The position numbers were made by a program, and so were the translations under genes. This document shows positions 52,225 through 62,947 of a stretch of 64,000 bases of DNA, in pieces (position 1 is the stretch's first letter; every line of letters starts with the position of its first letter). The stretch is taken from contig SSFI01000056.1 of NCBI GenBank assembly GCA_008015325.1, positions 2,802-66,801 of the forward strand. The letters run 5' to 3'. The notes under the pieces were generated by a model. It saw only the letters and a program-made list of their open reading frames with translations. It made no database searches and was not told the DNA's origin. The DNA is from Rheinheimera sp. GTDB lineage: Bacteria > Pseudomonadota > Gammaproteobacteria > Enterobacterales > Alteromonadaceae.

Positions 52225-52251
52225 AGAACCCGCCTCCTGCGGGTTCTGGTT
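52225..52251 (+). terminator. Hairpin after astD
   Basis: AGAACCCGC-ctcct-GCGGGTTCT followed by GGTT. Confidence 0.5.
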
Positions 52252-52395
52252 TGACGCTGCGCAAACTTTGTCCACAGAACACGCAGCCTGACTTGCCGTT
52301 CTGCCAGCACAGATATATTTTTAAGCTCAGCGCTTTACGCTGAAATGCAATCTGTGGCAGATTGAAAACCTTCATCCATCCCGGTACGCAAAGCT

Positions 52396-52746
52396 ATGGT
52401 CACGGACAAACCCGGTTATGAACATCTGATTCAGTTTTTAACCGAACATTTAGCGTTATTCGAGCAACAAGGCACGCCGACGTCGCATCGCAAAACGCTG
52501 GGTGTGATCATTGAAGAGCAGATCGCTGAGCAAATTATCCAGCTCTGTCTGCAGCATACCGAGCTCGAAACCATCCACCGCAGCCAAATCATCCGCGAAG
52601 TCGATGGCATCATGTACGACTTCCAGGAAGTGCTGGCGTCTGTCATCGAAAAACCGGCGACCGAAGAGCAAATCGAACTGATTAACGAAGTGTCGTTGCT
52701 GATTAAAAACCTGTTTGATACCGCCATCGCCCATCTGATGGATTAA
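52396..52746 (+). CDS. Conserved hypothetical protein, DUF3802-like
   Basis: MVTDKPGYEHLIQFLTEHLALFE..., acidic and helical, 116 aa; family assignment from recall. Confidence 0.55.
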   Translation: MVTDKPGYEHLIQFLTEHLALFEQQGTPTSHRKTLGVIIEEQIAEQIIQLCLQHTELETIHRSQIIREVDGIMYDFQEVLASVIEKPATEEQIELINEVSLLIKNLFDTAIAHLMD

Positions 52747-52834
52747 CACCGCGCAGGTCCGACATAACTGCTGGCAGGAGAAGCCTGTTTTTCGTTAGAA
52801 TAGCTGTTTCCCCCTCAGACAGCAGGAGCCTTAT

Positions 52835-53278
52835 ATGGCTGATAATAACCAACTTCATGCCACCGTCAGCTGGGCAGGCGACAGTAACTTTATCGGTCGT
52901 TCCGGTTCAGGCCATGCCGTGGTGTTTGATTCCAACAAAGATAACGGCGTCGCGCCGACACCGATGGAAATGCTGCTGATGTCCGCCGGTGCCTGTTCAT
53001 CGGTCGACGTGGTCAGCATCCTGCAAAAAGCCAAACAACAAGTGACTAGCTGTCGCGTCGTATTAAGCGGTGAGCGCGTGGATTCTATTCCGCGGGTATT
53101 TGACAAAATTCACCTGCATTTTGAAGTCACCGGTTTTAACGTCAGCGAAAAACACGTGGAACGCGCCGTGAATCTGTCTGCAGAAAAATACTGCTCAGTG
53201 TCCATCATGCTGCAAAAAGCCATGACAGTGACGCATTCATTTGCCGTGATCCAAAGCGAGCTGCAGCCAGAAGGCTGA
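52835..53278 (+). CDS. yhfA: OsmC-family protein YhfA
   Basis: PMEMLLM.AGACS, AVNLSAEKYCSVS. Confidence 0.85.
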   Translation: MADNNQLHATVSWAGDSNFIGRSGSGHAVVFDSNKDNGVAPTPMEMLLMSAGACSSVDVVSILQKAKQQVTSCRVVLSGERVDSIPRVFDKIHLHFEVTGFNVSEKHVERAVNLSAEKYCSVSIMLQKAMTVTHSFAVIQSELQPEG

Positions 53279-53312
53279 GCCCTGAAGTTGTATAACCTAT
53301 ACTGAGGACTCT

Positions 53313-54128
53313 GTGCTCAGTGGAGAGAACAAGACCGTGGTCAAACCTTTTGAAAAATTGAAGCTGCATGGCTTTAACAATTTAACCAAAAGCCTGAGTT
53401 TCAGTATCTACGACATCTGCTACGCGCAGACCGAGCAGCACCGGCAGGAATATATTTCCTACATTGACGAGCAATACAATGCTGACCGCCTGACCGACAT
53501 TCTGTCGGAAGTGGTGCATATCATCGGTGCCAATATCCTCAATATCGCCCGGCAGGATTACGATCCGCAGGGCGCCAGCGTGACGATACTGGTTTGCGAA
53601 GAGCCAATCGAAGATAAAGCTGCAGGCCCCACACCAGATGCCATTGTGGCGCATCTGGATAAAAGCCATATCTGCGTGCACACCTATCCTGAACACCATC
53701 CGCATGACGGCATCTGTACTTTCCGTGCCGATATTGAAGTGTCAACCTGTGGCGTGATTTCACCGCTCAAAGCACTGAATTTCTTAATTCACAGCTTTGA
53801 GTCGGATATTGTCACTATTGATTATCGGGTACGGGGTTTTACCCGCGATGTCAGCGGTGTGAAGCACTACATTGACCACCCGATCCACTCGATCCAGAAC
53901 TTTATGGATGATGCCACCAAAAATGCCTTCCAGATGGTCGACGTCAATGTGTATCAGGAAAACCTGTTCCATACCAAGATGATGCTGAAAGACTTTGCGC
54001 TGGATAACTACATCTTTGGTGCTGGCGTGGATTCTGTCAGTGCGGAAGAACAACGTGCCATCGCGAAAAAAGTAAAACGCGAAATGCGCGAAATTTTCTA
54101 TGGTCGTAATCTGCCGGATTTGGCCTGA
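53313..54128 (+). CDS. speD: S-adenosylmethionine decarboxylase proenzyme
   Basis: [15 protein letters not shown]; pyruvoyl site [14 protein letters not shown]. Confidence 0.95.
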   Translation: MLSGENKTVVKPFEKLKLHGFNNLTKSLSFSIYDICYAQTEQHRQEYISYIDEQYNADRLTDILSEVVHIIGANILNIARQDYDPQGASVTILVCEEPIEDKAAGPTPDAIVAHLDKSHICVHTYPEHHPHDGICTFRADIEVSTCGVISPLKALNFLIHSFESDIVTIDYRVRGFTRDVSGVKHYIDHPIHSIQNFMDDATKNAFQMVDVNVYQENLFHTKMMLKDFALDNYIFGAGVDSVSAEEQRAIAKKVKREMREIFYGRNLPDLA

Positions 54129-54136
54129 AAATCAAG

Positions 54137-54163
54137 GCCTTGCCGGCTAAGGGCAAGGCTTTT
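54137..54163. terminator. Terminator between convergent speD and prk
   Basis: GCCTTGCC-ggctaag-GGCAAGGC-TTTT. Confidence 0.65.
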
Positions 54164-54180
54164 ATCTCCCTGCGCGCAGT

Positions 54181-55074
54181 TTATTCAATCCAGCTGACCT
54201 GACCCCGTGCCTGCCGGCGTTTGAGCATCAGCTCTTCAATTAATGGCGTTAAAATCAGCTCCATCGCGAGGCCCATCTTGCCGCCCGGCACCACCAGCGT
54301 ATTGACCCGTGACATAAAAGAACCTTGCAACATTTGCAGGTAGTAGGGGAAATCAACGTGTTTGATGCCGCGAAAGCGGATCACGACAAAACTTTCATCC
54401 AGCGACGGAATATCCTTGGCGCTGAACGGGTTCGAAGTATCCACCGTCGGCACACGCTGAAAGTTAATATGGGTGCGGGAAAACTGTGGCGTGATGTGGT
54501 TGATGTAGTCGTCCATGCTGCGCACGATGCTCGCCATCACGGCTTCACGCGAATGGCCGCGCTCGCTGGTGTCGCGCATGATTTTCTGGATCCATTCCAG
54601 GTTGATAATAGGCACCATGCCAATCAGCAAATCGACATGACGTGCCACGTTATTCTGTTCAGTCACCACACCGCCGTGCAGGCCTTCATAAAACAATAAA
54701 TCAGTATCGGGGCGGATGTCCTGCCAGGGCGTAAAAGTACCGGGCAGCTGATTAAACGGCACCGCTTCGTCAAAGGTGTGCAGATATTTGCGGATTTTGG
54801 TGCTGCCGTGTTCGGCATAACTGGCAAAGCAGTTTTCCAATGCGGCGAAGTCATTGGCTTCAGCGCCGAAATAACTGATATGGCGGCCTTGTTCACGCGC
54901 TTTGCGAACTTCGACATCCATTTCCGGTCTGCTGTAGCGATGGAAACAATCGCCTTCAACAAAAGCCGCATCGATGCCCTGAGTACGGAAGATATGCGAG
55001 AAGGCGTTGGTGGTCGTGGTAGTCCCGGCTCCGGAGGAGCCGGTCACGGCAATAATCGGGTTTTTTTGTGACAT
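54181..55074 (-). CDS. prkB: Phosphoribulokinase-family protein
   Basis: IIAVTGSSGAGT, FYEGLHG, QRVPTVDTSNPF, VVPGGKM. Confidence 0.92.
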   Translation of the reverse strand: MSQKNPIIAVTGSSGAGTTTTTNAFSHIFRTQGIDAAFVEGDCFHRYSRPEMDVEVRKAREQGRHISYFGAEANDFAALENCFASYAEHGSTKIRKYLHTFDEAVPFNQLPGTFTPWQDIRPDTDLLFYEGLHGGVVTEQNNVARHVDLLIGMVPIINLEWIQKIMRDTSERGHSREAVMASIVRSMDDYINHITPQFSRTHINFQRVPTVDTSNPFSAKDIPSLDESFVVIRFRGIKHVDFPYYLQMLQGSFMSRVNTLVVPGGKMGLAMELILTPLIEELMLKRRQARGQVSWIE

Positions 55075-55178
55075 CCGCGCACTCCGTTCTGATTTGCTTT
55101 GGCTTTACCATAAAGGATAAAGTGAAGTCACAGCAAGCGGCAGCGGATGTCGTCTTCTACTTCTAAAGCAGGAATTTC

Positions 55179-56063
55179 ATGAAAGTGTTCAGTTTTGCCG
55201 CGTTGTTTCTGGCTCTGAGTGCCAGTGCGGACCCGCAATATCAAATTCAATACGCCCAGTATCAAAGTGCCGAACATGGCGTTGCCATTCAAAAAGTGCT
55301 CGGCACTATCAAGCAAAAAGGTTATCAGAATCAGCCGGCTTTTAGTCGTGATGGCAGCCGCTTGCTTTGGACAGCGCAAGCCGGTGAAGGCCCGATGGCG
55401 ACCGACATTCACTGGTTGTTGCTGAGTGAGCGCGGCGCTGGCAAAGCGCTGCGCGCCACGCCTTTTGGTGAATTTTCCGCAACACCGCTGCCAGGCTCTG
55501 ACAGCGATTATTCGGTAGTGCGGGTCGAAGCCGACGGCACCCAGCGACTGTGGCAAATCAATAGCCAGACCGAGCAGCTGCTGTTTCCGGAACTCAAAGG
55601 TGTGGGTTATCACGTCTGGGGCTCTGATGAAGATTTATTGCTATTTTTACTCGAAGACAGCACTGGCCCCAATCGCGCAGTCTACAGAACCAAAGACGGT
55701 GAACTGACCACGCTGGCCGGCCATATTGGCCGAGCTTTGTTGTATCAGGCCAGCACTGACCGGTTTTTCTTCACTGCGCCACGGCCGGGCCAGCCAGAAA
55801 ACAGCCCACTGTGGTTATGGCGTTATCAGGCTGGCAGCAAAAAAGCCGAAGCCTTATTACCGATGCCGGCCAATGGTCAGGATTTAGCGGTCACCAGTCA
55901 GGGCACAGTGCTGGTCAGCGCCGGCAAATTTATTTTCCAGCTGGTCGATGACCAATGGTTACCCTGGGCAGATTTATCTAAACAATGTGACGGCAAAGTC
56001 AGCCGTTTTAAATTAAACCCGGTCCAGCCGGTGCTGGCCTTTGTCTGTGAGAAAGAAAGTTAA
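55179..56063 (+). CDS. Exported hypothetical protein, TolB/WD40-like propeller
   Basis: Signal peptide; GYQNQPAFSRDG and VGYHVW blade-like motifs. Confidence 0.6.
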   Translation: MKVFSFAALFLALSASADPQYQIQYAQYQSAEHGVAIQKVLGTIKQKGYQNQPAFSRDGSRLLWTAQAGEGPMATDIHWLLLSERGAGKALRATPFGEFSATPLPGSDSDYSVVRVEADGTQRLWQINSQTEQLLFPELKGVGYHVWGSDEDLLLFLLEDSTGPNRAVYRTKDGELTTLAGHIGRALLYQASTDRFFFTAPRPGQPENSPLWLWRYQAGSKKAEALLPMPANGQDLAVTSQGTVLVSAGKFIFQLVDDQWLPWADLSKQCDGKVSRFKLNPVQPVLAFVCEKES

Positions 56064-56455
56064 TGGCCAGTATTTTATGGGCGTTATTTGCTGTGGCGCT
56101 GCTGCCTTATCTGGCGCGTATTCCGGTAGCGCGGGCGATGAATCAGTTAGGCGGTTATGACAATCACCTGCCGCGGGTCCAACAAGCGCGTTTAGAAGGG
56201 CTGGGCGCCCGCGCCAACGCCGCGCATTACAACAGTTTTGAAGCGCTGCAGCTGTTTTTAGCGGCGGTGCTGGGCTGTGTGGTCAGCGGTAATTACGATG
56301 GCACTATGCAGCTGCTTGCCTGGTTGTATGTCGGCTGTCGGGTGCTGTTTATCTTGTTGTATTTACTCGATTATGCTCTGCTGCGGTCTATCGTCTGGGT
56401 GGCTGGCGTGATCAGTGTGTTCAGCATGTTGGTGCGGGCGGCGCTGAGTGTGTAA
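56063..56455 (+). CDS. MAPEG-family membrane protein
   Basis: YDNHLPR...RANAAHYNSFEA...R; three hydrophobic helices. Confidence 0.85.
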   Translation: MASILWALFAVALLPYLARIPVARAMNQLGGYDNHLPRVQQARLEGLGARANAAHYNSFEALQLFLAAVLGCVVSGNYDGTMQLLAWLYVGCRVLFILLYLLDYALLRSIVWVAGVISVFSMLVRAALSV

Positions 56456-56471
56456 GCCGAATATCGGTTAA

Positions 56472-56499
56472 AACAAAGCCCCGGTGACGGGGCTTTGTT
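56472..56499. terminator. Bidirectional terminator between MAPEG and exeM
   Basis: AACAAAGCCCCG-gtga-CGGGGCTTTGTT, perfect 12-bp stem. Confidence 0.8.
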
Positions 56500-56506
56500 A
56501 TTTAGG

Positions 56507-58282
56507 TCAGAACTTAAAGTCCATATACAGCGGGTCATGGTCAGATGAGCGGTAGGGCGTTGGCGCGTACAACTCTTGTTGCTGCGCTTTAGATTTAAAC
56601 TCGGTGTTGTAATCCAGCACTGCCGGTTCGTCCGCGTTGATACCCCAATGCTGGAACTGCTGCAGTTTGGCTTTCAGCTGCGGGCTGGCCAAAGCGTGGT
56701 CCAGCGTGCCGGAGCGGCCGCGGTAGACAAAAGATGAATGTACCGCATCTTTTGGTGCCAGATGCTGCCAGCCATTTTGTTCCAGATATTGCAGCGGTGC
56801 TTCTTTACGGTAAGCGTTTAAGTCGCCCATCATCAGCACATAGTCGGTGTCGATGCCGGTCGGTTCAGTTTTCAGCCATTCAGTCAGCGCTTTAGCGGCT
56901 GCGACCCGGGTTGGTGTCCAACAGCCCTGGCCGTCGTTCATGTCGGAATCCGGCCCGATTTGTTTCGGGCAACTGCCTTTGGATTTAAAGTGGTTGATGC
57001 TGACGGTCAGTTGCTCTTTTGAATCCAGATGACGGAAGCTTTGCGCCAATGGCGGTCGGCTGCCTTTATCAAACGGCGCTTTGTTGTAAACGGCTGTAGT
57101 CCCAATGGGTTCTACCTGCGCTTTACGGTAAATCATCGCCACCATAATATCGTCTGAGCCGGGTTTCTCTGCCGGCTGCACAAAGGCGTAAACTTCACTG
57201 CCGAGCTGCTGGTTCAGGCCCTGCACTAGGGTTGCTATGGCGCTGTCGCTGCCAAAACCGTTATTTTCTACTTCCAGCAGACCAATCACATCCGCATCCA
57301 TCGCGCTGAGTGCCGACAGCATTTTGGCTTGTTGGCGCTGAAGTTCATTGGCATCGGTGGCGCCACGTTTAGTCGGAAAGCGTTGGCTGTTGCCGGCGCC
57401 GGTGAAAAAGTTCAGCACGTTAAAGCTGGCGATGCGCAGTTCACCGGCTTTTTTCGCTGCCGGTGCGGCCGGTCTTGGGTTGGTCGCGACAAATTCTGGT
57501 TGCTGGCTCACCACCAGCCGGTAACCAGCTTTGGTTTGCAGTAAATAACCCTGCAGTTTATTGACGGTATCACCGACCCGCACTGTATTGCTGGCGGACA
57601 AATTGCCAGTCGGGAAGCGCACCGGCTGCGGGTTTTGTTTCAGGCTGACATCATCGATGGTGATTTCCTGCAGCAACTGCTTTGCCATCAATGCTTTAGA
57701 TGCATCACCTGGTGCTGCAACTTCGGTCGCTACCGGCAGGCGTTCATTGGCAAGCACCAATTCGCCGTAACGCGACAGGCCATAGCTGTCGTTGACGATG
57801 AGCGACTGCGGGAAACTGAGCCACATGCCTTCCAATGCTTCAAAGCTTTGTAACGAGGCAACGGGCAGCGTCACTGCTGTGGCGGCTGGCAGTGGCTGCC
57901 GGGCGCAATATTCGGCCAGAGAAAGATTTGTCAGCGCCGTCATGCCGGCTATTTCGCGCACTGTGCCGGTGAGTTGCAACACATCACCGGGCTGGCGTTG
58001 TTTGGCCTGTTGATTATCGAGGACCAGCATGGCTTCGGCAGTCGCCGGGTCCTGGTCCGCTTCGACACTCCCCAGCAATAACTGCGGGCTTTTACTGTCG
58101 GCATAAAGCACTGTCAGCACCACACCACGCGTAGTCAGTGTTTTACCGGCTTGAGGGCTTTTATCGCCGTTGCCCTGAATGGCATGCACCGGCACAAAAG
58201 GTGCAGTGCATTCGGCGGCCAGTAAAGGGCTGCTGAAGCTGGCGCACAGCAGTGCCAGCGGAGTGAAAGTTAAACGCATCAT
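56507..58282 (-). CDS. ExeM/NucH-family extracellular endonuclease
   Basis: Signal peptide, VHAIQG, LEGM, IASFNVLNFF, MGDLNAY, GTLDHAL, YRSSDHDP. Start moved to ATG 58282. Confidence 0.9.
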   Translation of the reverse strand: MMRLTFTPLALLCASFSSPLLAAECTAPFVPVHAIQGNGDKSPQAGKTLTTRGVVLTVLYADSKSPQLLLGSVEADQDPATAEAMLVLDNQQAKQRQPGDVLQLTGTVREIAGMTALTNLSLAEYCARQPLPAATAVTLPVASLQSFEALEGMWLSFPQSLIVNDSYGLSRYGELVLANERLPVATEVAAPGDASKALMAKQLLQEITIDDVSLKQNPQPVRFPTGNLSASNTVRVGDTVNKLQGYLLQTKAGYRLVVSQQPEFVATNPRPAAPAAKKAGELRIASFNVLNFFTGAGNSQRFPTKRGATDANELQRQQAKMLSALSAMDADVIGLLEVENNGFGSDSAIATLVQGLNQQLGSEVYAFVQPAEKPGSDDIMVAMIYRKAQVEPIGTTAVYNKAPFDKGSRPPLAQSFRHLDSKEQLTVSINHFKSKGSCPKQIGPDSDMNDGQGCWTPTRVAAAKALTEWLKTEPTGIDTDYVLMMGDLNAYRKEAPLQYLEQNGWQHLAPKDAVHSSFVYRGRSGTLDHALASPQLKAKLQQFQHWGINADEPAVLDYNTEFKSKAQQQELYAPTPYRSSDHDPLYMDFKF

Positions 58283-58297
58283 ATGTCCTGCTTTGGC

Positions 58298-58319
58298 AAA
58301 AAAGCCGGCATCAGCCGGC
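58298..58319 (-). terminator. Possible terminator after purD
   Basis: GCCGGC-tgat-GCCGGC followed by a T-run on the minus strand. Confidence 0.5.
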
Positions 58320-58352
58320 AGTTTCATAAGATTAAACGTTCAGTAAACAGTG

Positions 58353-59642
58353 TTACTGCTGTTTTTCCCGCGCAACAGCGCGATAGCCGATATCCCGGCG
58401 GCTAAACACGCCATCCCAGTGGATTTGATCCACCAGCTGATAAGCGGCTTGCTGCGCGGCTGTGACGTTGGCACCTAAAGCTGTGGCACAAAGCACACGG
58501 CCACCGGCGGTCAGCACCTGACCGTCTTTGAGCACTGTGCCGGCGTGGAACACTTTGGCTTCACGGTTGTCATCTGTTGGCAGGCCAGAAATCACATCGC
58601 CTTTACGGTAATCATCCGGGTAGCCACCAGCAGCCAGCACGACACCGACAGCGGCACGGCTGTCAAAGTCAATCTGCATGCTGTCGAGTTTACCGGCACA
58701 GGCGGCTGCACACAGCTCAACTAAGTCAGATTGCAGGCGCAACATGATAGGCTGCGTTTCCGGGTCACCGAAACGGCAGTTAAATTCCAGCACTTTGGCG
58801 GTGCCATCCGGCGCAATCATCAGGCCGGCGTAAAGGAAGCCGGTATAGACCTGGCCTTCTGCAGCCATGCCTTGCACTGTAGGATAAATCACATGTTGCA
58901 TCACCCAGTCGTGTACGGCAGGAGTCACAACCGGAGCCGGCGAATATGCGCCCATACCACCGGTGTTCGGGCCTTTGTCGGCGTCATCACGGGCTTTGTG
59001 GTCCTGTGATGAGGCAAAAGGCAGGGCGTTTTTGCCATCGACCATCACAATAAAAGACGCTTCTTCACCGACCAGAAACTCTTCTACTACCACGCGGCTG
59101 CCGGCGCTGCCAAACTTGTTGCCGGCCAGCATATCTTCAATGGCGGCAAAAGCTTCGGCTTCATTTTGCGCGATGATCACACCTTTACCAGCGGCCAGAC
59201 CGTCGGCTTTAATCACAATCGGTGTGCCCATTTTAACGACAAATGCTTTGGCGGCAGCAATCTCAGTGAAGGTCTGATAAGCCGCCGTCGGGATTTGGTG
59301 ACGGGCGAGAAAGTCCTTGGCGAAAGCTTTTGAGCTTTCCAGTTGCGCTGCGCCTTTGGTCGGGCCAAAGATCTGCAGACCATCTGCGCGGAAGGCGTCA
59401 ACGACACCCCGCGCCAGTGGCGCTTCCGGGCCCACAATGGTCAGCGCAATCTGTTCCGCTTTGGCAAAAGCCAGCAGCGCCGGCACATCGTCCGCCGCAA
59501 TAGCGACATTGGTTAAAGTGCTTTCCAGTGCAGTACCGGCATTGCCCGGCGCCACAAACACCTGGCTGACCTGTGGCGACTGTGCCGCTTTCCAGGCCAG
59601 AGCATGTTCACGGCCGCCGCCGCCAATCACAAGAACTTTCAT
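58353..59642 (-). CDS. purD: Phosphoribosylamine-glycine ligase
   Basis: MKVLVIGGGGREHAL, KADGLAAGKGV, NTGGMGAYSP, EFNCRFGDPE. Confidence 0.97.
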   Translation of the reverse strand: MKVLVIGGGGREHALAWKAAQSPQVSQVFVAPGNAGTALESTLTNVAIAADDVPALLAFAKAEQIALTIVGPEAPLARGVVDAFRADGLQIFGPTKGAAQLESSKAFAKDFLARHQIPTAAYQTFTEIAAAKAFVVKMGTPIVIKADGLAAGKGVIIAQNEAEAFAAIEDMLAGNKFGSAGSRVVVEEFLVGEEASFIVMVDGKNALPFASSQDHKARDDADKGPNTGGMGAYSPAPVVTPAVHDWVMQHVIYPTVQGMAAEGQVYTGFLYAGLMIAPDGTAKVLEFNCRFGDPETQPIMLRLQSDLVELCAAACAGKLDSMQIDFDSRAAVGVVLAAGGYPDDYRKGDVISGLPTDDNREAKVFHAGTVLKDGQVLTAGGRVLCATALGANVTAAQQAAYQLVDQIHWDGVFSRRDIGYRAVAREKQQ

Positions 59643-59654
59643 CGGTTTATCCAC

Positions 59655-60488
59655 TTATTTAGTTGCAGGTTTACGGAATTTGAGGGTCATCCGGTCGCTT
59701 TCACCAATCGCCTGATATTTAGCTTTATCCTGCTCTTTATTGGTGTAAGTCGGTGGTAAGGCCCAGACACTGCCCGGATGATCAGCGGTATCTTTTGGAT
59801 TGGCGTTCACTTCGCTGCTGCCTTCCAGCACAAAACCGGCTTGTTCTGCCAGTTTAATCACCAGACTTTGCGGCATATAACCGGATTTCTGCCAGTCGGT
59901 ATTCAGTTTGCTTTCCGGCAGGCGGTGTTCCACCACGCCAAGCACACCACCTGGTTTTAACGCTGTATGGAAAGATTTAAAGGCGGTCAACAGGCTTTCA
60001 TCGCCTTTGGCCATGTACCAGTTGTGCAGGTTGCGGAAGGTCAGTACCACATCGGCGCTGCCCGCTGGCGCGATTTGTTTGCCACCGGCGGCTGAGAATT
60101 CGGTCACTTCAACTTTGCTGTAAACCGGGTTGGCGGCGAGTTTTGCCAGATAATCGGCACGGCTTTTTTGCGCGTATTCTGACTTGGCATCTTTGGGCTG
60201 ATGCGCAGCGTAGTATTTACCTTGTTGCTGCAGCAGCGGTGCCAGGATTTCAGTGTACCAGCCACCGCCGGGAGAAACTTCAACCACAGTACTTTGCGGT
60301 GTGACACCAAAGAAACTCAGAGTTTCCACCGGATGACGATACTGGTCACGGGCTTTATTGGTCGCGCTGCGTACCGAATGGTCGACCGCAGCCTGAATGG
60401 CAGCAGAATCCACGGTATTGGCAGTGACTGAGAACGAAGAGAGGGCAAACAAACTGGAAATAACCACGAGCGAAGTCAGAGCTTTCAT
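59655..60488 (-). CDS. Exported class I SAM-dependent methyltransferase-like protein
   Basis: Signal peptide; RDQYRHP.ETL.FFG, VVEVSPGGGWYT, LTFRNLHNW, GESDRMTLKF. Confidence 0.8.
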   Translation of the reverse strand: MKALTSLVVISSLFALSSFSVTANTVDSAAIQAAVDHSVRSATNKARDQYRHPVETLSFFGVTPQSTVVEVSPGGGWYTEILAPLLQQQGKYYAAHQPKDAKSEYAQKSRADYLAKLAANPVYSKVEVTEFSAAGGKQIAPAGSADVVLTFRNLHNWYMAKGDESLLTAFKSFHTALKPGGVLGVVEHRLPESKLNTDWQKSGYMPQSLVIKLAEQAGFVLEGSSEVNANPKDTADHPGSVWALPPTYTNKEQDKAKYQAIGESDRMTLKFRKPATK

Positions 60489-60727
60489 GCGATCTATCCT
60501 TGTTTTATGGAATTTGTGGGGGAAAACGGGCGCTATTCTAGCAAAGCCATCAGCGCTTTGCAGTGGCAAATACGTCAGATGCCGCTCGCTGGACTAGTTA
60601 TGTGTTTTTAGATGGCCAGACATCTTTTTTTTCCTGCCCATCGGCGAATTCCTTATGCTAAAATACCGCTCTTTTTTAGAACGCTATGCCTTTTCTAAAG
60701 GCGTGGCAGCAGCCGGACTATTCACCC

Positions 60728-61465
60728 ATGTTTGCACAGATCCGTATCGTCCTGATTGAAACCACCCACAGCGGCAATATTGGCTCTGTGGCGCGGGCGA
60801 TGAAAACGATGGGGCTGTCGCAACTGGTGCTGGTGTCGCCCAAGACTGAAGTGGACGGGCAGGCTTATGCGTTGTCGGCCGGCGCCAGTGATGTACTGGC
60901 CAATGCCCGCACTGTCGGGACGCTTGCTGAAGCTATCGCCGATTGTCCTTTGGTGATTGGCACCAGTCATAAACCAAAAAGCCACGATATTGAAGTACTG
61001 GACCCGCGCCAGTGTGGTTTGAAAGTAGCGGCGGAAGTCGCGCAAGGGCCGGTGGCTATTGTGTTCGGCCGGGAAAGCAACGGCTTGTCTAACGACGAAT
61101 TGCGTCAGTGCAATTTCCATCTGTGTATTCCAACTCACGCCGAATACACCTCGCTGAATCTGGCAATGGCTGTGCAGGTGGTCAGCTATGAAATCCGCAT
61201 GGCGCTGCTGGGCGCGCAAACGCTGCCACCGGCCGATGTGCCGGAAAAGTATCCGACCGCTGAACAGCTGGAAGGGTTTTACCAGCATCTGGAAACCACG
61301 CTCGATCAAACCGGTTTTATTATCCGTCAGCATCCGGGCCATATCATGATCAAATTACGCCGGCTGTTCAGCCGGGCGCGGCCGGACGAGACTGAACTGA
61401 ATATCCTGCGCGGCATTTTAACCTCAGTGCAGCGCTTTGGCCGGCAAGGCCGGCAAGACGATTAA
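60728..61465 (+). CDS. trmJ: tRNA (C32/U32)-2'-O-methyltransferase
   Basis: GNIGSVARAMKTMG, FGRESNGL, SLNLAMAVQ; upstream of cysE-iscR. Confidence 0.92.
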   Translation: MFAQIRIVLIETTHSGNIGSVARAMKTMGLSQLVLVSPKTEVDGQAYALSAGASDVLANARTVGTLAEAIADCPLVIGTSHKPKSHDIEVLDPRQCGLKVAAEVAQGPVAIVFGRESNGLSNDELRQCNFHLCIPTHAEYTSLNLAMAVQVVSYEIRMALLGAQTLPPADVPEKYPTAEQLEGFYQHLETTLDQTGFIIRQHPGHIMIKLRRLFSRARPDETELNILRGILTSVQRFGRQGRQDD

Positions 61466-61480
61466 GACAAGGATCCGCTC

Positions 61481-62290
61481 ATGTTTGCAGGTATCAGAGA
61501 AGACATCAAAAGCGTATTCGAACGCGACCCGGCGGCACGTAACTTTATCGAAGTGCTGACCAATTACCCTGGGTTACACGCCATTTGGTGGCACCGGATA
61601 AATCATCAGTTGTGGCAGGCTAATTTTAAATGGTTAGCGCGCTTTTTGAGTACCATTGCGCGCTGGCTGACCGGTGTTGAAATTCACCCCGGCGCCAAAA
61701 TCGGCCGGCGCTTTTTTATCGACCATGGCATGGGCGTGGTGATTGGTGAAACGGCGGAGATTGGTGATGACGTCACGCTGTATCATGGCGTCACATTGGG
61801 CGGCACCAGCTGGAACCCGGGCAAACGTCACCCGACGCTTGGCAATAATGTGGTCATCGGCGCTGGCGCAAAAATTCTCGGGCCTTTGTATGTCGGCGAA
61901 AATGCCCGCATCGGCTCGAATGCTGTGGTGGTTAAAGATGTACCGCCAGGCGCCACTGTGGTGGGTATTCCGGGGCGGATCGTCGCGAAACAAGGCGCTG
62001 AAGTGACTGCCGAGCGCCAGCAGCTGGCGAAAAAATTTGGCTTTGATGCTTATGCGGTCGCCAGCGACAACCCGGACCCGGTCGCTAATGCGATTGGCCG
62101 GATGCTGGACCATATCCATTGCCTGGACAACAAAGTCGCGGAGCTGTGCCAGAGTGTGAACCAGCTCGGCGGCAACGTCTGCAGTGCAGTGCCGACCATG
62201 GATATTGATGATGAGGCCTTTCGGGAAGCTGAGCGCGTCGCGGCTGAGCAGCGTAAGAAACAACTGGACGAGTTTGACCCGACGATTTAG
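61481..62290 (+). CDS. cysE: Serine O-acetyltransferase
   Basis: [29 protein letters not shown], hexapeptide repeats. Confidence 0.95.
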   Translation: MFAGIREDIKSVFERDPAARNFIEVLTNYPGLHAIWWHRINHQLWQANFKWLARFLSTIARWLTGVEIHPGAKIGRRFFIDHGMGVVIGETAEIGDDVTLYHGVTLGGTSWNPGKRHPTLGNNVVIGAGAKILGPLYVGENARIGSNAVVVKDVPPGATVVGIPGRIVAKQGAEVTAERQQLAKKFGFDAYAVASDNPDPVANAIGRMLDHIHCLDNKVAELCQSVNQLGGNVCSAVPTMDIDDEAFREAERVAAEQRKKQLDEFDPTI

Positions 62291-62354
62291 CGGCGAAACC
62301 GGCCGGATTTGTTGCCAGAATTGGTGAGAGGGTGGCGCCGTCATGGTATGGATA

Positions 62355-62404
62355 ATACCTGACTATTTTAGTAGGATTAATACTTGACTAAATCAGTCAG
62401 GAAT
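62355..62404 (+). promoter_or_regulatory. Tandem type-1 IscR binding sites over the iscR promoter
   Basis: ATACCTGACTATTTTAGTAGGATTA (62355-79) and ATACTTGACTAAATCAGTCAGGAAT (62380-404) match ATASYYGACTRwwwYAGTCRRSTAT; TTGACT and TAAAAT (62406-11) promoter elements. Confidence 0.85.
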
Positions 62405-62445
62405 GTAAAATCTGCGCCATTCCTTTACCGGACTCCGGAGTTCAG

Positions 62446-62928
62446 ATGCGACTTACCTCGAAAGGGCGTTATGCCGTCACCGCAATGCTGGATGTGGCGC
62501 TGCACGCAGCCGCAGGGCCGGTGCCCCTGGCTGATATTTCAGTCCGTCAGGAAATTTCATTATCATATCTTGAACAATTATTTGCCCGCCTGCGTAAACA
62601 GGGTCTGGTCAGCAGTGTGCGCGGACCTGGTGGCGGTTATCAGCTGGGCAAACCAGCCGAACAAATCAGCGTGTCGGAAGTGATTAGCGCGGTCGACGAA
62701 TCAGTCGATGCGACACGCTGCCAGGGAAAATCCGACTGTCAGGGCGGCGCCAAGTGTCTGACCCACAGTTTATGGAGCGATTTAAGCCATCGCATCGAGG
62801 ACTTTTTGACCCGGATCACGCTGGGCGAGCTGGTCAGCCAGCACGAAATTCAGAGCGTGGCCAAGCGGCAGGACAGCCGTCAGTTAAAACACCCTATCAG
62901 CGAAATTGAAGTCAATTGCCAGTTGTAG
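62446..62928 (+). CDS. iscR: Fe-S cluster assembly regulator
   Basis: [23 protein letters not shown], three Cys plus His cluster ligands ([17 protein letters not shown]). Confidence 0.97.
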   Translation: MRLTSKGRYAVTAMLDVALHAAAGPVPLADISVRQEISLSYLEQLFARLRKQGLVSSVRGPGGGYQLGKPAEQISVSEVISAVDESVDATRCQGKSDCQGGAKCLTHSLWSDLSHRIEDFLTRITLGELVSQHEIQSVAKRQDSRQLKHPISEIEVNCQL

Positions 62929-62947
62929 ACTTCAGACGGAGCCAAGC

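Noticed and set aside
52396-55074. No crp next to yhfA
   Set aside because: yhfA-speD linkage is known (e.g. Pseudomonas) and crp is probably elsewhere; ordinary rearrangement.
60722-62344. Long antisense ORFs opposite trmJ (206 aa) and cysE (236 aa)
   Set aside because: Shadow frames of conserved genes, with no motifs or RBS.
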